Positions 43,415 through 49,221 of a stretch of 49,221 nt of DNA are shown here, in pieces. Below the pieces are notes generated by a model that was not told the origin of the DNA, did no database searches, and saw only the letters and a list, made by a program, of their open reading frames with translations. The translations under genes and the position numbers were made by a program. Within the stretch, counting starts at the first letter, position 1. The number at the start of each line of letters is the position of its first letter. This stretch comes from a virus (lineage: Duplodnaviria > Caudoviricetes): positions 1 to 49,221 of IMG/VR virus record IMGVR_UViG_3300037470_000364, one strand, 5' to 3'.

Positions 43415-44447
43415 GTCTGCCCCGTAGGAACCCAAGATAGTCCGCACCGGCCCTGATGTCGTGAAAGACCGTCACGAGGCTCTCGGGCGGGGCCTTCGGA
43501 TCTACCACGCACGCGACCGAAGGGCTGATCACTTCATCGTCAAGCCCTAACTGGTCCGCAAATTCATCGAAACGCTTATAGGACCCGACCCTGATCGCGT
43601 GCCCGATGTGCCCCGTCACGCCGTTCTTGAGCAGCGTGTACGCGCTCTGGTGGACGTGCGCCCCCACTATCACGTCCGCCTGCGAGCCCCGGTGGTTCCG
43701 CTTGAGCTGCCCGTGCGAGGGGTTGTACATGGACCTGCCCTTGTGGTCGTGCCTCGCGTCCACCGTTAAAACCCTGTCCCCGCAGCGCACCTTGAACACC
43801 GCGCCGTGCGAGACGTAGGTGACGCCGTGCTTCTTGCACAGCAGTTCCGCTATCGCCCGCCACTTGTCGTGGTTCCCCAGGATGACGAACATCCAGTCGA
43901 GGACACCGACGATGTACTCGGCCACCTCTATGGACTCGTCGGAGGTGACGTGCTGCGCGCCCCACAAGTGCTCCAACCGACCGATCCAGTTGTTCGTCAG
44001 GTCGCCCATGTTCGCCGCGTAGAGGTGCGGCGTGTTCCTTACCGTCTCTACGTCGAAGCTGAACTTCTCGAAGTCGAACCCGTCGTCGTCGCCGTGTGGG
44101 TCGCCCAAGAAAGCTATCCCGAACGGGCCGGGGTCGTCAAGGGTTATCTCCACCCCCGAGTGTTTCGACTCCCACCGCTCGCGCTTGCTCGCGTAGTGCC
44201 GGGCCTGGTCGCGGATCACGTCTTCCGGACTGCGGTTCACCGTCACAGGGCTCTTGACCGTGAACCCTACCGACGCCGTGCCGTACTTCAGCCCGAGCCT
44301 AGAAGCCCTGTTCAGGGCCGACGACCTGTTCCTGCCCTGCCCTACTAGGGACAGTTGGGACAGTATCTGGTCGAACGGTGCGCCGGGCTCGTACAGCCGG
44401 TACAGCACCGCGTCCTCAGCTTCCGTCCAAGGTCTGCCTCCAGCGAT
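43392..44447 (-). CDS. calcineurin-like metallophosphoesterase with N-terminal HTH
   Basis: GDPH, GDLTNN, GNHD, H and GAHVH motifs; N-terminal WTEAEDAVL; probable ATC start at 44447. Confidence 0.85.
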   Translation of the reverse strand: MAGGRPWTEAEDAVLYRLYEPGAPFDQILSQLSLVGQGRNRSSALNRASRLGLKYGTASVGFTVKSPVTVNRSPEDVIRDQARHYASKRERWESKHSGVEITLDDPGPFGIAFLGDPHGDDDGFDFEKFSFDVETVRNTPHLYAANMGDLTNNWIGRLEHLWGAQHVTSDESIEVAEYIVGVLDWMFVILGNHDKWRAIAELLCKKHGVTYVSHGAVFKVRCGDRVLTVDARHDHKGRSMYNPSHGQLKRNHRGSQADVIVGAHVHQSAYTLLKNGVTGHIGHAIRVGSYKRFDEFADQLGLDDEVISPSVACVVDPKAPPESLVTVFHDIRAGADYLGFLRGRHGEKASS

Positions 44448-44481
44448 TTCAGAGCCTCCTGTCGGTCTTGTCGGCGACGGC

Positions 44482-44688
44482 CTATGCGGTCAGTTCTTTC
44501 AGTAGCGCAAAGAGCGCGTCCACTTTGTCGCCGTTCTTTAGGTGGCGCAGCATCCGTATGGCGAGATAGTTGTCGCTATCGGCACAAGCCTTGTCGCAAA
44601 CGTCGCGCAGACGGGCCCTCGCCTCGTCGCGCTTGCGCTCTGCCAGTAGTGAATCCGCCGCTTCCCGCTCTTTGTCGTAGTGTCCCAT
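44482..44688 (-). CDS. hypothetical protein
   Basis: First ORF after the long non-coding leader. Confidence 0.6.
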   Translation of the reverse strand: MGHYDKEREAADSLLAERKRDEARARLRDVCDKACADSDNYLAIRMLRHLKNGDKVDALFALLKELTA

Positions 44689-44694
44689 TGCGCC

Positions 44695-45206
44695 TTTCTG
44701 TGCCCTTGAGCGTTCGGCCCGACGGTGTCGGGCCTACTTACTGCCGCGTCCCGCCCTTGCCTTCGTGTGTGGCGAGCGGACTTCGTGGAACTTTGAGATT
44801 GAGGGGCAGGCATTCTCAAACCTGGGCCGTTTTTGCGTTTGGGCCGCGAAACTCTCTCGCCAAAATGAATTAGTGCCTGTTAGCCGTGCGGCTACTTTTA
44901 GCACCGAGACTGAATCCGGCCTGCCGCCTCAGCCATTGTCGCCATACGATGCGACGACCTACGCTCGCCACAGGCCGAAACTGAACTCTCCGGAGATTCC
45001 GGAAGGTTCAAGCCTTACTGGCCTTGCGCTGTGCCGCTTGCTCCGAGGAGCCACCCCCGGTTACCACGGAACGGCTTTGGCCCACCTCACAGCGCGAGAC
45101 CTTTCACGGACACCCGTAGCTTCTGTTTTCTGAAGCTCCCCGATGAAACGGGTAACCTGGTTGTACTCGTTCTGACGGGCGCACAGGGTGCTAAGTTGCG
45201 CCTCTC
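44695..45206 (-). ncRNA. putative large structured RNA / late leader
   Basis: ~510 nt with no credible ORF, about 10 hairpins, two long-range helices and an upstream extended -10. Confidence 0.6.
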
Positions 45207-45867
45207 AAAGTGAGAATACCACAGATTCTCCGAGTTTTGTTCCCTGCTGGATTTTTATCTCGGCCTCCAGTTTGTCGATCAGGGCGTACTCCATGTTCCT
45301 CAGCCGTTTTGCTATCTTCTTTTCGCCCTCGTCCCCGAAGTGCCGGAAGAGCTTTCTATCAACCCCCGACTCTACGAAAGCCCTAGCGGGGTCTATCCAC
45401 CAACGGTCGTCAGAAAGGGACGGGACGTAGTTCCCCTTCCGTGGGTACTTGGTCGCCAGGTACACGAACAGGGTGTCGGGAAAGTCGTCCATTATCGGTT
45501 CCACGAGCGAGACGCAGAACAGCACCCTCGGGTCTGAAAGGTGCTTGGCTTTCCGTTGGTACTTGTGGATGTAGTACGCCTTCTTGTCTCCGAGCGTCCT
45601 GACCTTGTAGGCGGCGTCATACGGCCTTTCCGAGCTTGTTAGGTCGGGGGGTTGGAACGGTAGCGGTGGCAAAGGCTTGTCCGCGCCCCATATCGCCTTG
45701 AACTCGGGGTAGTTCCCTCCCCCGTCGGTCATTTGGGAGTGTATCGCCGAGTAGTACACGTCGAGCGCCCACTTGGCCTGTACCCTCGGGTCGGCGGGCC
45801 TGACAGATTCCAGAGAGCCCTTGGGCACGAACGCCTGGGCCGAGTACGACTTTTCCATGTCCTTCAC
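45205..45867 (-). CDS. orphan protein in late-regulator (Q-like) position
   Basis: Coupled to the MTase; last gene before the late leader; no recognisable motif. Confidence 0.6.
   Translation of the reverse strand: MKDMEKSYSAQAFVPKGSLESVRPADPRVQAKWALDVYYSAIHSQMTDGGGNYPEFKAIWGADKPLPPLPFQPPDLTSSERPYDAAYKVRTLGDKKAYYIHKYQRKAKHLSDPRVLFCVSLVEPIMDDFPDTLFVYLATKYPRKGNYVPSLSDDRWWIDPARAFVESGVDRKLFRHFGDEGEKKIAKRLRNMEYALIDKLEAEIKIQQGTKLGESVVFSL
45213..45221 (-). promoter_or_regulatory. extended -10 promoter candidate (late, pR'-like position)
   Basis: TG-G-TATTCT at the end of the upstream gene. Confidence 0.45.
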
Positions 45868-47102
45868 TTCTTCACCCCTGCCTCCGTCGCAAGAGCGACC
45901 AGAGCGCAGACTGCATACGCCGCTTGAATCGGACAAACTCCGTTTCCGAGCAACCGAAGCTGGTCCACCCTTCGGGCCAGCCCATCAGGTACTCCACAAA
46001 TCTCGCGTTCAACCGCAGGGGCGAGGTCTGGCCTGGTTTCGAGCACCCGCCGCCAACCTTCTCGGTCTCCTGGGCCGGGAGGGAACAGAGGGATTCCATC
46101 GCGGAACTCGCCTGCATCGTCAGCGGTGGGGTCGAAACGTCGCCCGCGTCCTTGCGCCTCTGCCAGACTTCCGGGTCCTCGCTCGTCGTCTTGTCCGCTC
46201 GTGGAGTCGCCCATTCCTTCGCCGTCTCGTCTAGCATCCTTCCGCCCGTCCCCGGCTTGCGGCCCGCCGCGCCCCTGCCCGTCAGTTCCCCCGCCCTCGG
46301 TGTGGGCCAAGTGTCGTCCGGCGTGGCCCAGAGGTTCGCCTGGTTCCCCAGCCCCGGCACCCGGTTCTTGCAGTTCGAGCCCGTGTTCGGGGCCTCTGGC
46401 ATCGAGTCCGGCGTGTGCCACATCTTCGCCATGTCCTTGAGGCCAGGGTTCGCGCCCTGCTCCAACCGTTGCTTGCTCCCCGAGTCGTTCCCGTTCTCGC
46501 CCGATCTCGGAGTCGGCCAGTCCGAAGCCGCCTGCCGCAAGTTCGGCCCCCGTTCCCCGTTGGAGTAGGTCGCCGTGTTCGCATCGGCGGTGGGCCAGGA
46601 GGAACAGCCGCTCCCTCCTGTGCGAAGCCCCGACGTCCGAAGCTCTGACGAGTACGCCCTCAACCTCGTAACCCATCCCTCGAAGGTCTCCCCACACTCC
46701 GTCAAGCCCAAGTCGAACGTGCCCTGCGACGTTCTCGAACACGCAGAAGGAAGGCTCGACCTCCGCAACGATTCGAGCGACCTCGGGCCATAAGTGTCGG
46801 TGATCGTCCTCTCCAAGTCCCTTGCCCGCAACGCTGAAGGGTTGGCACGGGTATCCGCCCACGACGCAATCCACCGCTCCACGCCAAGGTCTACCGTCGA
46901 AGGTCGTAAGGTCGTCCCAGACAGGAGCTTGATCCAGGCGTCCGTCCTGCATCGCTTTCGCCAGAACCGCGCAAGCGAAAAGCTCCCTCTCCACATAAGC
47001 GACCGTTCTAGCCGAAGGTACGGCGAGTCCGATTCCCAGGTCGAGTCCGCCTCCACCTGAGCAAAGGCTGAGGATTCTAAGGGGACGTGTACCCACATTC
47101 AC
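45864..47102 (-). CDS. DNA (cytosine-5) methyltransferase, alpha polypeptide
   Basis: Motifs I (LCSGGGG), IV (GYPCQPFS), VI (ENV), VIII (HRRERLF) and X (LRLLGNGV); motif IX absent. Confidence 0.92.
   Translation of the reverse strand: MNVGTRPLRILSLCSGGGGLDLGIGLAVPSARTVAYVERELFACAVLAKAMQDGRLDQAPVWDDLTTFDGRPWRGAVDCVVGGYPCQPFSVAGKGLGEDDHRHLWPEVARIVAEVEPSFCVFENVAGHVRLGLDGVWGDLRGMGYEVEGVLVRASDVGASHRRERLFLLAHRRCEHGDLLQRGTGAELAAGGFGLADSEIGRERERLGEQATVGAGREPWPQGHGEDVAHAGLDARGPEHGLELQEPGAGAGEPGEPLGHAGRHLAHTEGGGTDGQGRGGPQAGDGRKDARRDGEGMGDSTSGQDDERGPGSLAEAQGRGRRFDPTADDAGEFRDGIPLFPPGPGDREGWRRVLETRPDLAPAVEREICGVPDGLARRVDQLRLLGNGVCPIQAAYAVCALVALATEAGVKK
45872..47098 (-). CDS. overlapping alternative-frame MTase beta polypeptide (TRD plus motif IX)
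   Basis: Repeated WxTP units and RLNARFVEYLMGWPEGWT (motif IX). Confidence 0.75.
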   Translation of the reverse strand: MWVHVPLESSAFAQVEADSTWESDSPYLRLERSLMWRGSFSLARFWRKRCRTDAWIKLLSGTTLRPSTVDLGVERWIASWADTRANPSALRARDLERTITDTYGPRSLESLRRSSLPSACSRTSQGTFDLGLTECGETFEGWVTRLRAYSSELRTSGLRTGGSGCSSWPTADANTATYSNGERGPNLRQAASDWPTPRSGENGNDSGSKQRLEQGANPGLKDMAKMWHTPDSMPEAPNTGSNCKNRVPGLGNQANLWATPDDTWPTPRAGELTGRGAAGRKPGTGGRMLDETAKEWATPRADKTTSEDPEVWQRRKDAGDVSTPPLTMQASSAMESLCSLPAQETEKVGGGCSKPGQTSPLRLNARFVEYLMGWPEGWTSFGCSETEFVRFKRRMQSALWSLLRRRQG

Positions 47103-47199
47103 CCCTGCCTCCCCATGACGCCTTGGTCGCTCGCCATAAAGCTCAACCCGTCACCGCCGATACCATGCGCCTGTTCTCTGACCCCGCTCCTTGTGGGGG

Positions 47200-47390
47200 T
47201 GGGACTCTTAGGGTCTGGGACTCTCTAAGGGTCACACCTGCTTTGAACCTATATATACTAAGAGTATCAGTTCTATGAGAGCGGGGTGACTTAGAAGAAC
47301 GCCCCGTTTTTGAGGGTGTGAATCTAAGCCTTTTAGGTGTGACCCTTAGCGATACGGGAATTCCCGTATCCAGGGTGTGCGCCTTAGTCA
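47200..47390. other. putative replication origin
   Basis: 15-bp perfect inverted repeat, degenerate iterons, AT-rich core and a 20-bp palindrome just downstream of the primase-helicase. Confidence 0.65.
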
Positions 47391-49221
47391 CGCCCCCCAC
47401 CTCGCGTCCTGCCCGGTCGTCGCCTCTCGTTTCAGCCGCCATTGCCATGACCCTTCGCCCCCGAACTTGTCCCGGTCCGATACGACCCCCGCGAGCTTCT
47501 TTGCGTCCGAGTAAATCCTTTTCGAAAAACCCATCTCTTTGCACCTTCGCTCCATCACCGTCGCGTCCTGCGCCCCTTGGGACAGCACTTCCACAAGCCA
47601 GTCCGCGCACTCGTCCCTCCGCCCCCTGGCCTCCCTGGTCTGGGGGGCCTCGCACATCCGCTCCCCGTCGAGGTCGCTGAACCCTATCCAGCCGAACGCC
47701 CCGTTTTCTACCGTGAAGGCTATCGCCCGACCCTTGGGGCCGACATTGGACTTTTCGTGCGAGATGGCCGTCTCGTTCTTGTTGTCTGGGTCGGCCCCAC
47801 AGATCAGCAGCGACCTCGCGGCCCCGGTGAAGTCCACGGACCCGCTCACTCGGTGCAAGGCTTTTTGGCCGACCGCCTTGTTGTTGTGGGCGATACAGAC
47901 TATCGAGCAGTTCACGGCCCTGGCTATCGAGTTCAACCGCCGCATCCATTCCCTGACCGAGTTCGCGGTGTTGAAGTCCCTAGTGGCCTCGAAATAGGCC
48001 GTGATCGTGTCCACGACGATCAGCACGGGCCGTAGCCCCTCTGCGACCGCCTTCAGTTCGGCTATCCCGTTGGCGTCGAGGACGAACGGATGCAGGTCCC
48101 CTTGTTCGTCCTCCTCGTCCGGCAGGGTCACAAGATCGAGGTCCGCGCCCATCTCTTTGAACCGTGGGACCGTCACCGTGGCCCGCGACTGCTCGGCGGA
48201 CATGAAAACGACCGGGCCTTGCGCCACCGGGATTCCCAGCACGTCGGTCCCGTTCGTGCAGGCCGTCGCTATCGCCTGGGCGACCGTGGACTTTCCAACG
48301 CCTGGGTCGCCGGACAGGATCGTGACCTCACCCCTCGGGATGTACGGCTCGAACAAAAACTCCACCTTCGCCGGAGTGATCTGGCTGGCCCTGGTCCATC
48401 CTTGCGGCTTCCGTTCGTGGTCTGTGCCGACCATGACGCGCGGCTCCTGTCTCTTGTCCGGGCTTTGTTGGTCGCCGTACCCTGACCTTCCAAGGTGCTT
48501 GGCGGCCTCGATGAAGTTCCCGCCGTATTCTAAGAAGCTGAAGGCCGCGAACTTCGTGTACGTAGCGCCTGGTTCGAACGGGTGCGCGTTGCTTGAGAAC
48601 ACTTTGAGCAGGTCGGACCCTTTGTAGTTCGTCGTCGCGGAAGTGCCGTCCCTGACCTTCTTCCCAGGCCGGGTCCAATACCCTTCCCCGGCTGTCTCCC
48701 TTGCGAGCGCCCAACCGTGCGGGCCTAACACGTCCGCCCAGGAATGGGTACGGGCGAAGTCGTCCCCCGGCCTTCTGGCCTCCCTCGGCCCGTCGTGCGT
48801 GTACGGTCGGTCGTTGGTCTCTGACAGGCTTCTAGCGACCGATAGGAGCGCGTCCCGCTCTTCGCCAGATACTACGGGTATCTGCCCCCAGGAACCGGAC
48901 GCGAGCGAATATCCAGGCGAAGGCCACGCGACCACGTACCCGCCGTTCCCCCTGGTTTCAATGACCTCTTGCGGGGGGATGTCCTCATGGACCAGGGCTA
49001 AAGCGAGCTTCGTGTTCCCGCCTACTCCGTCGAGACAGCGGTACGGGACGTGCCAACCTCCCGAAGGCGTCTTGATAAGGAGCGTAAGTTTTGCGAGCAG
49101 GCTTTCGTGCCCCGCCAAAATAAGGGCCGCCTTCCAGTCTTCGTAGAAGTCCCTGTCCTTGGGATAGTGCTTTGCGTCGAAGTCCAGCACTTCCAAAGCG
49201 CCTGAAACGTCGCCGCAAAGC
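47388..49221 (-). CDS. bifunctional primase-polymerase plus AAA (RepA/AAA_25-like) helicase, 3' part
   Basis: LDFD, KTPSGGWH and ETRGNGGYVVAWPS PrimPol motifs; GDPGVGKS Walker A, IVVDT Walker B, AHNNK. Confidence 0.92.
   Translation of the reverse strand, partial: LCGDVSGALEVLDFDAKHYPKDRDFYEDWKAALILAGHESLLAKLTLLIKTPSGGWHVPYRCLDGVGGNTKLALALVHEDIPPQEVIETRGNGGYVVAWPSPGYSLASGSWGQIPVVSGEERDALLSVARSLSETNDRPYTHDGPREARRPGDDFARTHSWADVLGPHGWALARETAGEGYWTRPGKKVRDGTSATTNYKGSDLLKVFSSNAHPFEPGATYTKFAAFSFLEYGGNFIEAAKHLGRSGYGDQQSPDKRQEPRVMVGTDHERKPQGWTRASQITPAKVEFLFEPYIPRGEVTILSGDPGVGKSTVAQAIATACTNGTDVLGIPVAQGPVVFMSAEQSRATVTVPRFKEMGADLDLVTLPDEEDEQGDLHPFVLDANGIAELKAVAEGLRPVLIVVDTITAYFEATRDFNTANSVREWMRRLNSIARAVNCSIVCIAHNNKAVGQKALHRVSGSVDFTGAARSLLICGADPDNKNETAISHEKSNVGPKGRAIAFTVENGAFGWIGFSDLDGERMCEAPQTREARGRRDECADWLVEVLSQGAQDATVMERRCKEMGFSKRIYSDAKKLAGVVSDRDKFGGEGSWQWRLKREATTGQDARWGA
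49095..49221. repeat. terminal direct repeat, copy 2
   Basis: Identical to 1-127. Confidence 0.95.

Noticed and set aside
44695-45206. Group II or group I intron, tmRNA or tRNA (GTGCG near the 5' end, GGGTGTCCGTG, acceptor-like GGCGAGCG/CGCTCGCCA)
   Set aside because: No domain V, P7 core or T-arm found, and the region does not interrupt a gene
1-49221. CRISPR array, tRNA genes or stop-codon reassignment
   Set aside because: No regularly spaced repeats or cloverleafs seen by eye; core genes are intact in code 11 and all three stops are used

Overview
The window is an apparently complete, circular temperate phage genome of about 49.09 kb. Bases 1-127 recur exactly at 49095-49221 and the primase-helicase ORF reads through that join. 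Layout is lambdoid: a cro/cI switch (2.5-3.5 kb), a rightward early operon of small coupled genes with SSB ending in xis/int and an intact attP-like region (3.5-14.4 kb), and a long leftward arm. That arm carries HNH, RuvC-like and DnaA-domain-IV genes, then PrimPol-helicase, an iteron origin, a dual-frame C5 methyltransferase, an orphan gene in the Q position, a ~510-nt structured non-coding leader, a phosphoesterase and CHAP lysis genes. After an inverted island of small genes it continues with candidate TerS, TerL, tandem GroES, portal, a Mu-gpT-like capsid and podovirus-type tail/ejection genes. The strongest novelty candidates are: (1) the ~510-nt RNA, whose long-range helices each have a competing local partner; (2) a 54-aa membrane peptide missing from the ORF track whose last 16 residues are identical to the C-terminus of the largest virion protein, produced by a 62-bp direct repeat bracketing that gene; (3) single genes repeatedly bracketed by duplicated stop/start junctions. 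All calls are by-eye motif recognition with no database searches; the host cannot be assigned.
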